The notes under the pieces are model-generated. The model had not been told where the DNA came from. It made no database searches and saw only the letters and a list, made by a program, of their open reading frames with translations. From Candidatus Anderseniibacteriota bacterium (lineage in GTDB: Bacteria > Patescibacteriota > Andersenbacteria > UBA10190), in the NCBI GenBank assembly GCA_021414205.1, contig JAIOOW010000002.1, forward strand, positions 215,062-279,061: a stretch of DNA of 64,000 nucleotides. The letters run 5' to 3'. Each line of letters opens with the position of its first letter. The stretch's first letter is position 1. Positions 28,310 through 38,943 of the stretch are shown piece after piece. Made by a program: the position numbers and the translations under genes.

Positions 28310-29032
28310 CTAATTGAGTGCGGAATCTATTGCTTGCTGGAACGTTGCGTATGGCTGGGCACCAATAATCGGCGTTTGCTTGCCATCTTTGCCAATGAGA
28401 ATGAAGAACGGCGTACCAACTTGTTGACCTGCGGCACTCATAACCTTTTCAACTGCCACAAGCTCGTCCTCATCCGCCTGTACAACATTCCCGTACGGCG
28501 CATCCTTAATGCATGATTGAAATGCTGAGATATCAGCAACTCCGGCTTCTTGCGCATACTTCGGCAAATCGGCAAGATTTAACCCGTCATTCGAGGGCGT
28601 ATTAGAGAAAATAGTATCTGTAAATTCCCAAAACTTCCCTTGTGCACTCGCACATTCTGCAGCAATCGCTTCTTGCGTTGTTTGTTGATGCACAGAAAGG
28701 CCGTGTCGATATACAAGACGAACCTTACCCGCATTATTTGCCATTAACTGCTTAAGAGTATTATGGGCTATTTTACAAAACGGGCATTCTAAATCCGAAT
28801 ATTCGATAAGGGTTACCGGTGCGTTTTTATCGCCCATAATATGATCCGCATCGGAAATTGCTCGAATATCAAAATGATCCGGCAACGGTCCGGGAGTAGC
28901 TTGCTGTGCGACTTGAGCGGCAGGAGCAACGGGAGCAGGCCCTACTTTTGAAAAATAGATACCTCCCGCAATTAACGCTCCTGCAATAACAATGGCTGCG
29001 GGAATTGAGAAAGCCTGTTTTATTTCTGGCAT
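28310..29032 (-). CDS. DsbA-family thiol-disulfide oxidoreductase
   Basis: TM anchor; EYSDLECPFC; GTPFF; GAQPY. Confidence 0.9.
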   Translation of the reverse strand: MPEIKQAFSIPAAIVIAGALIAGGIYFSKVGPAPVAPAAQVAQQATPGPLPDHFDIRAISDADHIMGDKNAPVTLIEYSDLECPFCKIAHNTLKQLMANNAGKVRLVYRHGLSVHQQTTQEAIAAECASAQGKFWEFTDTIFSNTPSNDGLNLADLPKYAQEAGVADISAFQSCIKDAPYGNVVQADEDELVAVEKVMSAAGQQVGTPFFILIGKDGKQTPIIGAQPYATFQQAIDSALN

Positions 29033-29042
29033 AGCGCTAACG

Positions 29043-29279
29043 CTACGCGATTTCTAGAAGCTGTGCAAGACGTGGCTGATTAAACCCAATCGTAATTTCA
29101 CCATCAATATCAATAACAGGCACCCCCATTTGCTTTGACTTTTCAAGCATTTCAGCGCGAGCAACAGGGTCAGATGCTACGTCTTTTTCCGTATATCCGA
29201 TTTGGTTTTGGGCAAAATAGTCTTTTGTAGCCCTGCACCATCCGCAGGAAGGAGTTGAGTAGATTGTAACGTTTTTCAT
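29043..29279 (-). CDS. Glutaredoxin-like / NrdH-redoxin
   Basis: YSTPSCGWC, GVPVIDIDG, IGFN. Confidence 0.9.
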   Translation of the reverse strand: MKNVTIYSTPSCGWCRATKDYFAQNQIGYTEKDVASDPVARAEMLEKSKQMGVPVIDIDGEITIGFNQPRLAQLLEIA

Positions 29280-29345
29280 AATTGTTCACTTAATAGTAAC
29301 TTTGGCATTGTACCAAATATATCCATTTCCCGCTATACTTTTTAC

Positions 29346-30206
29346 ATGTATATCGCATTTGATATCGGCGGAACAAACACGAGAATAGCCATTTCAAAAG
29401 ACGGCAAAACTCTCAACAAGCCCTCTATATACCCTACACCACAAGATTTTGATACCGGGATACAGAAATTCATCGAAACAGTAAAAAACATTTCCGGCAA
29501 TGAGCCTATCACGGCAATTGCCGGAGGAATTCCTGGTCCAATGGATCCTCAAAAAACAATGTTACTTAAAGCGCCAAATTTGAAGGGCTGGAACAACAAG
29601 CCACTAAAAGCTTTGCTTGAAAAAGAATTGCAAACTCAGGTCTTCCTAGAGAACGATACTGCCATGTGGGGTATCGGTGAAGCAACGCGTGGCGCAGGCC
29701 AAGGGTTCGCTATTATGGCTTACGTAACAGTCAGTACCGGTGTTGGCGGAACAAGAATCGTTCATGAAAAAATAGATGCGAGTGCACAAGGATTCGAACC
29801 TGGACACCAAATTATCGACCTCGCAGGCCCTGAGTGCGGATGCGGCGGAAACGGTCATCTGGAAGCATTTATATCTGGTACAGCATTGCAAAAAAAATAC
29901 GGAAAAGCTCCTAAAGAGATTAAAGATGCTCAGGTATGGGACGAAACAGCGAAATACTTGGCAATAGGCCTGCTTAATACAGCGGTATTTTGGTCACCTC
30001 ATTGCATTGTACTAGGAGGGTCAATAATGAAAGATATCGATATAGACCTCGTGCAAACGTATATGCGAGAATACAACCATATCCTACCGACCTTGCCTGC
30101 TATAAAAAAATCAACGCTCGGTGATGAAGGAGGCTTAATTGGGGCCCTGCAGCTTGCGTGCTACACTACTACACATGGATCTGTCGATCGTAGTACCAGC
30201 ATATAA
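29346..30206 (+). CDS. ROK family sugar kinase
   Basis: DIGGT, LENDT, STGVGG, EPGH, CGCGGNGHLE. Confidence 0.92.
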   Translation: MYIAFDIGGTNTRIAISKDGKTLNKPSIYPTPQDFDTGIQKFIETVKNISGNEPITAIAGGIPGPMDPQKTMLLKAPNLKGWNNKPLKALLEKELQTQVFLENDTAMWGIGEATRGAGQGFAIMAYVTVSTGVGGTRIVHEKIDASAQGFEPGHQIIDLAGPECGCGGNGHLEAFISGTALQKKYGKAPKEIKDAQVWDETAKYLAIGLLNTAVFWSPHCIVLGGSIMKDIDIDLVQTYMREYNHILPTLPAIKKSTLGDEGGLIGALQLACYTTTHGSVDRSTSI

Positions 30207-30963
30207 ACAAGCTCCGACCATCCAACAGGATTTGCGGAGTTTGTCTGCATTTCTAGATTCCCTACACACTTCATACGAACTCATTCTCGTCATTGATGGC
30301 GACATAGACGACACAGCTCTCATTGTAAAACAAGACGACACGCTAGCACACGTACGCATCATACCGATCAAAAAAAATCACGGGAAAGGCTACGCCTTAA
30401 AGCAAGGATTCTTGGCATCCAGCGGCAATATTGTGGGATTCATCGACGCGGGCGGCGATATCGAATTTAATTGCCTTCGCCTCATGTTCGAACTTATGCA
30501 ATTCACCCATGCGGATATTGTCATCGGATCAAAACGGCATCCGTTATCCCAAGTACAATACCCGCTTGTCAGGCACATCTACAGCTTCTCATATCAATTG
30601 CTCAATCGCATGCTCTTTCGCCTCAATATTCGTGATACCCAAGTTGGAGTAAAGTTGTTTCGCAAAGACGCCCTCACGCAAATTCTTCCGCATGTTCAAA
30701 TAAACAAATTTGCATTCGACCTCGAATTGCTCGTGCATGCTCACGCGCTCGGATTCACACACATCATTGAATCCCCCGTTCGCATTACACACAAATTTAA
30801 CAGCACGATCGGTTTCGGCGTAATTATCGAGACCCTCTATGATACGATACGGCTGTATTTTCGAAATGAACCAAGACAGCTCAACGTCAAACCTTCTTCA
30901 GGAATTTCTGTTTCATATTCGCCCAGCTCTTCCCAAACCACAATCAAAGAACACGTACGATAG
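30175..30963 (+). CDS. GT2 glycosyltransferase (polyprenyl-phosphate sugar synthase-like)
   Basis: VVPAYKQ, NHGKG, FIDAG, GSKRHP, DTQVGVKLF, FAFDLELL; start at ATG 30175. Confidence 0.88.
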   Translation: MDLSIVVPAYKQAPTIQQDLRSLSAFLDSLHTSYELILVIDGDIDDTALIVKQDDTLAHVRIIPIKKNHGKGYALKQGFLASSGNIVGFIDAGGDIEFNCLRLMFELMQFTHADIVIGSKRHPLSQVQYPLVRHIYSFSYQLLNRMLFRLNIRDTQVGVKLFRKDALTQILPHVQINKFAFDLELLVHAHALGFTHIIESPVRITHKFNSTIGFGVIIETLYDTIRLYFRNEPRQLNVKPSSGISVSYSPSSSQTTIKEHVR

Positions 30964-30974
30964 TATGCGCATAT

Positions 30975-32507
30975 ATGAAACAATTCTTTCCATTCTTGAT
31001 AGTCGCAGTGCTTATTACCCTGCCTTGGTTCCTTCATCCAGGATACCTACTCCTTCTTGACTGGACAGGCATACCCCACCCCCACATCAGCCTCGACCCC
31101 ACAGGCGGAATAGCGGGTACTCCTATTCAAATTGCCTGGACGATGCTTAGCACCGTTATCGAATCATCGTTCGCACAAAAAATACTTGTATTAGCCATGC
31201 TCATGCTTGCAGGAGGTGCAACATATCGCCTCACATATTTTTTACTATCAAATAAGCTCGCCTCGATTATTGCCGGGATATTTATGGTGACAAATGCATT
31301 CGTATTTAATCGATTGCAAATGGGGCATATATACCTTTTATACGCCTATGCACTTACGCCATACGCAATCTATCTTGTGCTTTGTTTTTTGCAGCAGCCG
31401 TCTAGTAAAAAAGCATTGCAAGCAGGGATCGGATGCAGCGCAGTTATCCTACTCAGTATTCATCATACTATATTGCTCCCCATACTTATCATTCTATTTG
31501 CTTGGCATACACAAAAAATACAACACTACTCTCGTACTCAATACATAGCGTTACTTGGTCCGTATATTGCAACGCTGCTCGCAATACTAGCAGTCGCATA
31601 CATAAACCCGGCGTCGCAACTTGCAACTATTTCCCTCAAAGACATTGCAGTATTCGCGCCGCGCGCGCAGTGCACGCCGCAACTTGCCACGGATACCGTA
31701 TTTTTATCATCTCAATGGAGAAACCCTCACGCAGTATCTTTGCCGTGCTCAAATAAAATAATCTTTTATGCATCTAACATATTTTTATTAGGCGTTATGT
31801 TAATAGGTGCATGGAACAATAAAAAACTGTTCATTGGCGCAATAATACTTGTCCTACTTACTGACATTCCGTTTATTCCTGCAATGCGCGATAGCGCAAA
31901 ATACTTGGCAGACCTTGCGCTCATCGAAGCAGCCTTACTTGCATACGGCATAGTGCATCTCCAGAAAAAATATGGCTCAGTGTCATCCATTTTAATTCTC
32001 CTATGTACACTACTTGCAGGATCTTCAATCTATTGGGGGCTATCAAACACCATCACTCCAAAAATTTATCCGCAAAGCTGGTATGCGTTCAATCAAACGT
32101 TAGCGAAACTTCCTGAAAAACCTCGCGTTCTTTTTTTGCCATGGCATTTATATATGCCGTTCGATTTTACAAATCAGGCGACTATTGCCGATCCGGCGAA
32201 GCTCTTTTTTACTAATGGAAGCATTATTCAAGGAGATAACTTGGAAATGCGGCAAGGAGACGCCTTTATTGTAACCGAATCGACGTCTCCAGAATCTCAA
32301 GAAATCAATCACGCACTTGCACAAATTAGTACGCCAGATTTTTCGAGCTCATTCTTAAAAATGTTAAAAGAACAGCATATTAGCTATATTGCCTTAGCCC
32401 ATGGTTCGCCCGAGGAAGCATTATATAAAAATACATTTAAAAAACTCCCATATGTATCATTATTAGTTGATTCTCCCGGGCTTACTATTTGGCAATTTGG
32501 AGAATAA
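30975..32507 (+). CDS. Multi-TM GT-C-like membrane protein (AftD/YfhO-like)
   Basis: PGYLLLLD N-terminal loop, RLQMGH, RDSAKY, YPQSW, RVLFLPW motifs; about 10 TM helices plus a soluble C-terminus. Confidence 0.65.
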   Translation: MKQFFPFLIVAVLITLPWFLHPGYLLLLDWTGIPHPHISLDPTGGIAGTPIQIAWTMLSTVIESSFAQKILVLAMLMLAGGATYRLTYFLLSNKLASIIAGIFMVTNAFVFNRLQMGHIYLLYAYALTPYAIYLVLCFLQQPSSKKALQAGIGCSAVILLSIHHTILLPILIILFAWHTQKIQHYSRTQYIALLGPYIATLLAILAVAYINPASQLATISLKDIAVFAPRAQCTPQLATDTVFLSSQWRNPHAVSLPCSNKIIFYASNIFLLGVMLIGAWNNKKLFIGAIILVLLTDIPFIPAMRDSAKYLADLALIEAALLAYGIVHLQKKYGSVSSILILLCTLLAGSSIYWGLSNTITPKIYPQSWYAFNQTLAKLPEKPRVLFLPWHLYMPFDFTNQATIADPAKLFFTNGSIIQGDNLEMRQGDAFIVTESTSPESQEINHALAQISTPDFSSSFLKMLKEQHISYIALAHGSPEEALYKNTFKKLPYVSLLVDSPGLTIWQFGE

Positions 32508-32531
32508 GCTATTTTAGGACAATCTTAAAGA

Positions 32532-33653
32532 ATGCATAGCATTTCCGGAAAACGAATACTATTCTTGAATTGGAAGGATGTTCTCAACCCCGAATCCGGA
32601 GGTGCGGAAGTATTAACAGATGCTCTTGCAAGCCATCTTGCAGAAACAAACGAGGTTTTTTTTATCACCTCATCATTTCCGAACGCAAAACAGAAACAAG
32701 TACATAATAATTACACGATATTGCGCAAAGGCACCACGCTCACGTGCATACTGTATGCATTTTTTACATATAAAAAATTATCTACAGAAAAAAAATTCGA
32801 TCTTATTATTGACCAAGCCCATGGCATCCCATTTTTTTCGATACTATACCCTCATCGCCCAAAAATCCTCATACTTATTCATGAAGTTGCCGGGGAATTA
32901 TGGTCAAGCGTTCTTCCACACACTATCGGCAAAATAGTAGATACAATATGGCTGCGGCTCTACAAAAATCAGCAATTCATTACAGTCTCTAATTCCACAA
33001 AACAAGAACTGACAAAACACCATATTATTGAAAAAAATATTTCTATTGTTCCGAATTTTACAGCCATTTCATTACCAGAAATTCCTCAAAAAGCAGAGCA
33101 TCCGACTCTCCTCGTCCTTGGCAGGATAGCTCCGGTCAAACGTATCGAGCACGCAATACGAGCATTTCAAATTGTAAAAGAAACTGTTCCGAATATTCAT
33201 CTTGTTATTATTGGAAAAAGGGAAAAGAAATACGATTCATATTATCAGGATATCAATACATCCATTCAAAACGATAATAAAATCACGATTATTACAAATG
33301 CAGACGAGGAGGAAAAACTGCATTGGCTTAAAGAGTCGCACATCCTCCTCATGCCTTCTAAAAAAGAAGGGTATGGCATCGCAATACTTGAAGCTGCTGC
33401 ATGCGGAACGCCTGCGATCGGATACAATGTTCCAGGAACGCGCGATGCTATCATTGATAATAAAACCGGATTAATTGCGGACCAAGAAAACCCGAAATCA
33501 CTAGCTGCTTGCATTGAAAAAATACTGACTAATCTGGGGACGTTCAATCAACTGCAAAAAGAAGGATTTACCAATGCCCGCCAAAAGCAGAAAAGGCATA
33601 CAATTTCAACATGGGACGCAATACTGAAACAAATAATCCAGATTACGCCATGA
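32532..33653 (+). CDS. GT4 glycosyltransferase
   Basis: NWKDVLNPESGGAE, GRIAPVKR, PSKKEGYGIAILEAAACG. Confidence 0.92.
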   Translation: MHSISGKRILFLNWKDVLNPESGGAEVLTDALASHLAETNEVFFITSSFPNAKQKQVHNNYTILRKGTTLTCILYAFFTYKKLSTEKKFDLIIDQAHGIPFFSILYPHRPKILILIHEVAGELWSSVLPHTIGKIVDTIWLRLYKNQQFITVSNSTKQELTKHHIIEKNISIVPNFTAISLPEIPQKAEHPTLLVLGRIAPVKRIEHAIRAFQIVKETVPNIHLVIIGKREKKYDSYYQDINTSIQNDNKITIITNADEEEKLHWLKESHILLMPSKKEGYGIAILEAAACGTPAIGYNVPGTRDAIIDNKTGLIADQENPKSLAACIEKILTNLGTFNQLQKEGFTNARQKQKRHTISTWDAILKQIIQITP

Positions 33654-34489
33654 GCATAGCGCATTTTTTCCTAAGAATTTTCCGCTCTCTCAAGCTTGAT
33701 ATGCAGTGGATCACAACACAAAACATTCCAGAAAAGTGGAAATTTCTGAAAACAAAATATATGTTGATAGCCATGCCAAGCTTGTTTTGGAATAACAAGA
33801 TTAATGCATTCGGAATACCGGGCTGGGGACGCACGACATACATTGCAAAACCCGACAGAATTGAAAATATCCAAAGCATCTTCATCGACCACGCCCATCT
33901 GCAAAAAATAGCCCCGAAGAATGGAATAGTAGTAGACGTAGGAGCTAATATAGGAGAGTTCGCGCTTTTTGCACATACAGTATTATCTCCAAAAAAAATA
34001 TATTCATTTGAGCCAGTCCCAAGATCTTTCGAATTACTAGAGGAAAATAATAATGATTTTCATTTCAATGGAGCAATTTGCAATGAAAAAAAGATGCTAA
34101 TTCACATTAATGAACAGTCTGGAATGTCTTCAAAATTCAAACTGCCCTCAACAATCGGAACAACAGTGGCAATGTGCAAATCCCTTGACGATATCCCAGA
34201 ACTTCAAGCATTACCAACAATCGACCTTTTAAAAATAGATGTTGAGGGGATGGAGCACGATGTTATTGCATCGAGCCCAACCACAGTAAAAAAATCCAAA
34301 TACCTTGCCGTAGAAACAGCCCTAAAGAGAGACGCTTCTCAAGATGGGTTAGCAACGCTATCCCTCTTAAAGCAGCTACAACCGGAACTACGCCTTATAT
34401 ATATTGGGCATATTATTACATACGCCGATACTGGCGAACAAGCGGCTGTAGATATGGTGTTTAAAAATATTTCTATAAAAAAAATATGA
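33650..34489 (+). CDS. FkbM family methyltransferase
   Basis: VDVGANIG, FEP, LKIDVEG; ATGA overlap gives start 33650. Confidence 0.88.
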   Translation: MSIAHFFLRIFRSLKLDMQWITTQNIPEKWKFLKTKYMLIAMPSLFWNNKINAFGIPGWGRTTYIAKPDRIENIQSIFIDHAHLQKIAPKNGIVVDVGANIGEFALFAHTVLSPKKIYSFEPVPRSFELLEENNNDFHFNGAICNEKKMLIHINEQSGMSSKFKLPSTIGTTVAMCKSLDDIPELQALPTIDLLKIDVEGMEHDVIASSPTTVKKSKYLAVETALKRDASQDGLATLSLLKQLQPELRLIYIGHIITYADTGEQAAVDMVFKNISIKKI

Positions 34490-35319
34490 AGACCACTCCT
34501 CTCGTCTCAATTATCATTCCTACAAAAAATTCTGCGAAAACACTTCTTGCGTGCATTACATCTATTAAAAGACAAACATATTCGAATATTGAATACATCG
34601 TCGTAGACAATTATTCCTTAGATGCGACGCAAGATATTGCAAAAAATAACAAAGCACGCCTGATGATAACCGGCAACGAGCGCTCAGCTCAAAGAAATGC
34701 CGGTGCAAATCATGCTCATGGAGAATTTCTATTGTTCATAGACTCGGATATGGAATTATTACCCGAGGTTGTAGATGAATGTGTAAACATAATGCAGGAA
34801 CATAAAAATATACAAGCAATTGTTATTCCAGAGGATTCCTTTGGAACAACCCTTTGGGCAGCATGCAAGAATTTCGAACGGTCAACCTACGCAAACAGCT
34901 CATGGCTTCATGGAGCCCGTTTTTTTCGCTCATCGGCGTTTACAAGCATCTCAGGCTTCCAAGAAGATATCATTGGCGCTGAAGATTTTGACATTCACAC
35001 AAGGACAGTGAACGCATTCGGATTATCCGGGATCGGATATTCATCAATTGCCATACGGCATAACGAAGGAGCACTAACACTCACACACTTATTGAAGAAA
35101 AAATATTATTACGGATCCACGCTCAAAGCATATGCAAATAATCAGCGAAATAAGCATATGCTGTACAAGCAGGCGAATCCAATCACCCGCATACAGCTAT
35201 TTTTCCAGAATCCAACGTTCCTATTTCAACATCCAATCATATTCACTGCGACATGCATCATGAAAACGCTTGAATTCTGTGCACTTGGATTAGGATATCT
35301 CATGAAATCTGCAGTATAA
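34486..35319 (+). CDS. GT2 glycosyltransferase
   Basis: IIIPTKNS, VVDNYS, ERSAQRN, FIDSD, AEDFD. Confidence 0.9.
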   Translation: MKTTPLVSIIIPTKNSAKTLLACITSIKRQTYSNIEYIVVDNYSLDATQDIAKNNKARLMITGNERSAQRNAGANHAHGEFLLFIDSDMELLPEVVDECVNIMQEHKNIQAIVIPEDSFGTTLWAACKNFERSTYANSSWLHGARFFRSSAFTSISGFQEDIIGAEDFDIHTRTVNAFGLSGIGYSSIAIRHNEGALTLTHLLKKKYYYGSTLKAYANNQRNKHMLYKQANPITRIQLFFQNPTFLFQHPIIFTATCIMKTLEFCALGLGYLMKSAV

Positions 35320-35355
35320 TAGAGAGCATACTGTCGTATGTTCTCTATCGCGTTC

Positions 35356-38300
35356 ATGAAAAAATTTGGGGGTCTTTTTTTACTGATTGCACTATCCGTA
35401 ATTGCGCATTGGCAATGGCTTGTTTTGCCGGGTATTTTCACGTCTGGCGACTATTGGTACGTACCTAACCAAGTATTTTCCGAATCATTAACTCTTCCCA
35501 AAATTCTCGATGCAAGCGGCTCTCTGACCACGGGCATATCTCAGCCTACGTTTGTACTGCTCTATGTTATTGGCGGCCTGCTTACAAAAATCCACCTCGG
35601 ATTTGCAGCATGGGAAAGAATTGTTTTCCTTTGGCCAATTGCAATTTTAGCGCCTATTCCGATATACCTGTTTTTACTTAAAACATTGCGATACCCACCT
35701 GGCGCATTTGCAGGTTCGCTAATCTACCTATTCAACACCTATATTCTTGCACGAGAAATGATGCATTTGCACATTGCAATCGTATATTTCCTAGCGCCCC
35801 TACTGTTTATTGCTGTACGAGATCTACTTCATAGGCAGAACATAAAATCTATCTTATCGTTTATTGCCATAACTGGAGTCTGTTCAATTTTCGAAATACG
35901 CATTTTATACATACTGACGTTCATGCTTATTGCATATAGTCTATACCTGCTCCTTACTCGGAAAATTATACTCTCATGGAAAATGCTTCGCGTCATATTG
36001 TGTGCGATTATTCCCGTAGCATTACTCCAATCATACTGGCTCATACCTTTTATATTTGCGAACTCTTCATTAGGATACGGATCGATAGTGAGCAGAGGAC
36101 TCTTTAGAAGCTATGACCACATAGGCGAAGCAATGACTTTGTATGATCCATTCTGGTCAGGTAATCAACTTACTGACTTTATTCCGCAACAAATCCCGCG
36201 ATGGGAATATATCATTCCAATCATCGCATTTTTATGGCTCATCGTAAGGTTACGGGCGAAAAAAAATTCATTTTTCTGGTTCTGGAGCCTCATCGCTATT
36301 ATCGGAATTTTTCTCGTAAAACAAGAAAATAATCCGTTCCCCCAAGCATACTCTTGGCTCTATTACCATTTTCCTGGGTTTAATTTTTTTCGAGAATCAT
36401 CAAAGTTAAAAATTATTGTCGCCCTCGCACTCTCAGCTTTAAGTGCCGGCTCGTTATTAGTCATACAAAGTAAATTTAAAAAAGTTGCCAATGCTCTCAT
36501 ACTGGGCTTAAGCGCAGTCATGCTTATTAATATTATCCCGCTTTCAACTGGGGCCATTGAAGCAATGACAGTATCAAATAGCATAGACAATCAATTCCTA
36601 GCAACCAATAAAATACTGGAATCAGATGCGGAATTTGGAAGAGTGTTGTGGGTACCATCAACTGAACGGTTTACCACTGCTTCGCAAACTCATCCGCGCC
36701 TATCGCTTGCCGCACTCACCGGAGCAGACTGGCTTCCTTTCGTACAAGACCAAGCAGATCCGTTTTCCATAACAGCACAGCCCGTCTTTAAAGCGCTGCT
36801 AAATTTTTCAAGCATTCGCTACATCGGCGAACCGGCAGACCAGATTGATCATGTATACCAACTATACAATGCTTCAAAAACTGATCTTGGAAAGAACATA
36901 GCAGGCATAAACAATCTTAAGCCAGTACAAGAATCACCTCTCGATATGCCACTTTGGAAAAATCCAGACGCAAAGCCTCACGCATATGTAGCAGACAATC
37001 TCGTAGCTGTGCACGGAGCTCCTCGAGACTTTTCCGGCCTTGACCCCAGTATCGCTACTGGATTTGTATTTCAATCGAATGTCCAAGATCAAACATTCCA
37101 GCATATCGATAGCACAATAGCTACGAATTCGGAATATATACCATTTTCTCCGGACTCCATCTCTATCGAACAAGGCCAGGTGCATAGCAACGTAAAAATC
37201 CCAGACTCTGGAACGTTTCAAACCGTAACGCGTGATGATAAAAAAGATTCTATAGCACCTATTCTTCTTGCAATAACGGATCAAACCCTTTCCATTATCG
37301 CAAGAATGCCTACAGGCGACATACCCCTTGCAACAACTCCGAATACGCATCAAGACTACGCAATTACAATCAACGGGGTACATTATTTCTATACATTCAC
37401 TGATCAGTCACAAACAATACAGCTTGGGATTACTCGCCTTCATCAATCAAAAAATTCGATCTCATTTCTAGCAAAAATCAATTCCGACCCTCTTGTTAAA
37501 GATGCGTCTTTTGAAGCAGGAACATGGGGCAGCGCAGGAGATTGCAATAATTCGGACAACACAACAAAAGAAGCGAACGGGATCTCCGCATCGCAATCGC
37601 CTGTCGCAACGGACGGAGCAAGCTCACTAAACCTAACAGCGAAAAACCATATCGCATGCACAGGGATCACTATTTCATCAGCAGCCAAACCTGCTACATA
37701 TTTTGGATCCATCGACTACCAGCAAAAAGCAGGGTCTGCTGGATACGTAAAGATTTTTCAATCAGACACAATGAAGAACCTCTCCTTTGTACAATTCAAC
37801 CAAAAGCAGAATTGGCAACACGCGGATTTCTCCTTTGATAGTGACGGCACCCACAATTCCACTCTATACCTCTACCAGCCTGCTGGGGATGGATTGTTTG
37901 ATAACATACACCTGGACGCGTATCAACTCATGTCCACAGCATCAGCAGATATCCCTGACAGCACCGAACGCATGACAACTCGACCGTATCAAACGTCGGA
38001 CACAACAATAAGTGATTCTGCAATCACCGGCTCAAACGTATTGGCGCAAACTACTTTTTCGCCAGACATGTCCGTAAGCGCGAGTGATTGCAATAATGCG
38101 GATAGCACCTCCGTTGAAAAGAACGGGATCAAAGCATCTATCGCAGAAACTGCCGACCACATCCAAGCGCTCTCAATTCAGGCAGCAAAACATATTGCAT
38201 GCGTAACACTGCCACTCCACGACTTTAATCCCACGTACGACCATCTCGTATCAATACGCTATCGAACAATTCTAGGAACCGATGCCCATGCTACGTTCTA

Positions 38301-38943
38301 CCCGAATGACAACCCGTCGCAAGCGACAATCCAGCTTCCGGAAACAAATAGTCAATGGCAAACAAAGAATATAATAATCAATGGGAGCAATATCCACCCC
38401 GATGCAAGTCTTATCCTCTATGTACCAGCTGACAGCGGCGAATCCCAAACCCAATTTGCATCCATTGCCGTCACAAGAATACCCATCCTTCCGTCAAGAT
38501 TCATCCAAACGGCAAACCCTCCATTATCATCCCTAGACGCCAAAACGGAAGAAATTGACCCGACTACTACCGTACTGCACGTGAGCGATATTGGATCATC
38601 TCCAAGAATGCTCATACTATCAAATCGCTTCGACCCCGGGTGGAAGGTATTCGTTAGGCCGCAAGGATCTAAAAAGCTACCAATATGGGAACGAATACTC
38701 TTTAAGACGCCAGGCCAAGAAATTTCAAAAGATTCTCACATACAGGCAAATGCATTAATGAATGGCTGGATTCTCGACCCCCAAGAAGTTCAATCAAAAC
38801 TCGGAACAACTCAAAATATTGATATTGTTATGGAATATTGGCCTCAGCGATATATGAACATCGGAGTATTATTGTCATTAGCTACTCTTGTGTTGTATAC
38901 AATAGGGATGATTATTGCATTCCTGCGCCATGGCAAAATATAA
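35356..38943 (+). CDS. Large GT-C-like membrane protein (AftD/YfhO-like) with carbohydrate-binding-like ectodomains
   Basis: Multi-TM N-terminus (SGDY, FRESSK, RVLWVP); long beta-rich extracellular region with a duplicated DCNN...HIAC domain; RFDPGW...NGW...C-terminal TM. Confidence 0.72.
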   Translation: MKKFGGLFLLIALSVIAHWQWLVLPGIFTSGDYWYVPNQVFSESLTLPKILDASGSLTTGISQPTFVLLYVIGGLLTKIHLGFAAWERIVFLWPIAILAPIPIYLFLLKTLRYPPGAFAGSLIYLFNTYILAREMMHLHIAIVYFLAPLLFIAVRDLLHRQNIKSILSFIAITGVCSIFEIRILYILTFMLIAYSLYLLLTRKIILSWKMLRVILCAIIPVALLQSYWLIPFIFANSSLGYGSIVSRGLFRSYDHIGEAMTLYDPFWSGNQLTDFIPQQIPRWEYIIPIIAFLWLIVRLRAKKNSFFWFWSLIAIIGIFLVKQENNPFPQAYSWLYYHFPGFNFFRESSKLKIIVALALSALSAGSLLVIQSKFKKVANALILGLSAVMLINIIPLSTGAIEAMTVSNSIDNQFLATNKILESDAEFGRVLWVPSTERFTTASQTHPRLSLAALTGADWLPFVQDQADPFSITAQPVFKALLNFSSIRYIGEPADQIDHVYQLYNASKTDLGKNIAGINNLKPVQESPLDMPLWKNPDAKPHAYVADNLVAVHGAPRDFSGLDPSIATGFVFQSNVQDQTFQHIDSTIATNSEYIPFSPDSISIEQGQVHSNVKIPDSGTFQTVTRDDKKDSIAPILLAITDQTLSIIARMPTGDIPLATTPNTHQDYAITINGVHYFYTFTDQSQTIQLGITRLHQSKNSISFLAKINSDPLVKDASFEAGTWGSAGDCNNSDNTTKEANGISASQSPVATDGASSLNLTAKNHIACTGITISSAAKPATYFGSIDYQQKAGSAGYVKIFQSDTMKNLSFVQFNQKQNWQHADFSFDSDGTHNSTLYLYQPAGDGLFDNIHLDAYQLMSTASADIPDSTERMTTRPYQTSDTTISDSAITGSNVLAQTTFSPDMSVSASDCNNADSTSVEKNGIKASIAETADHIQALSIQAAKHIACVTLPLHDFNPTYDHLVSIRYRTILGTDAHATFYPNDNPSQATIQLPETNSQWQTKNIIINGSNIHPDASLILYVPADSGESQTQFASIAVTRIPILPSRFIQTANPPLSSLDAKTEEIDPTTTVLHVSDIGSSPRMLILSNRFDPGWKVFVRPQGSKKLPIWERILFKTPGQEISKDSHIQANALMNGWILDPQEVQSKLGTTQNIDIVMEYWPQRYMNIGVLLSLATLVLYTIGMIIAFLRHGKI

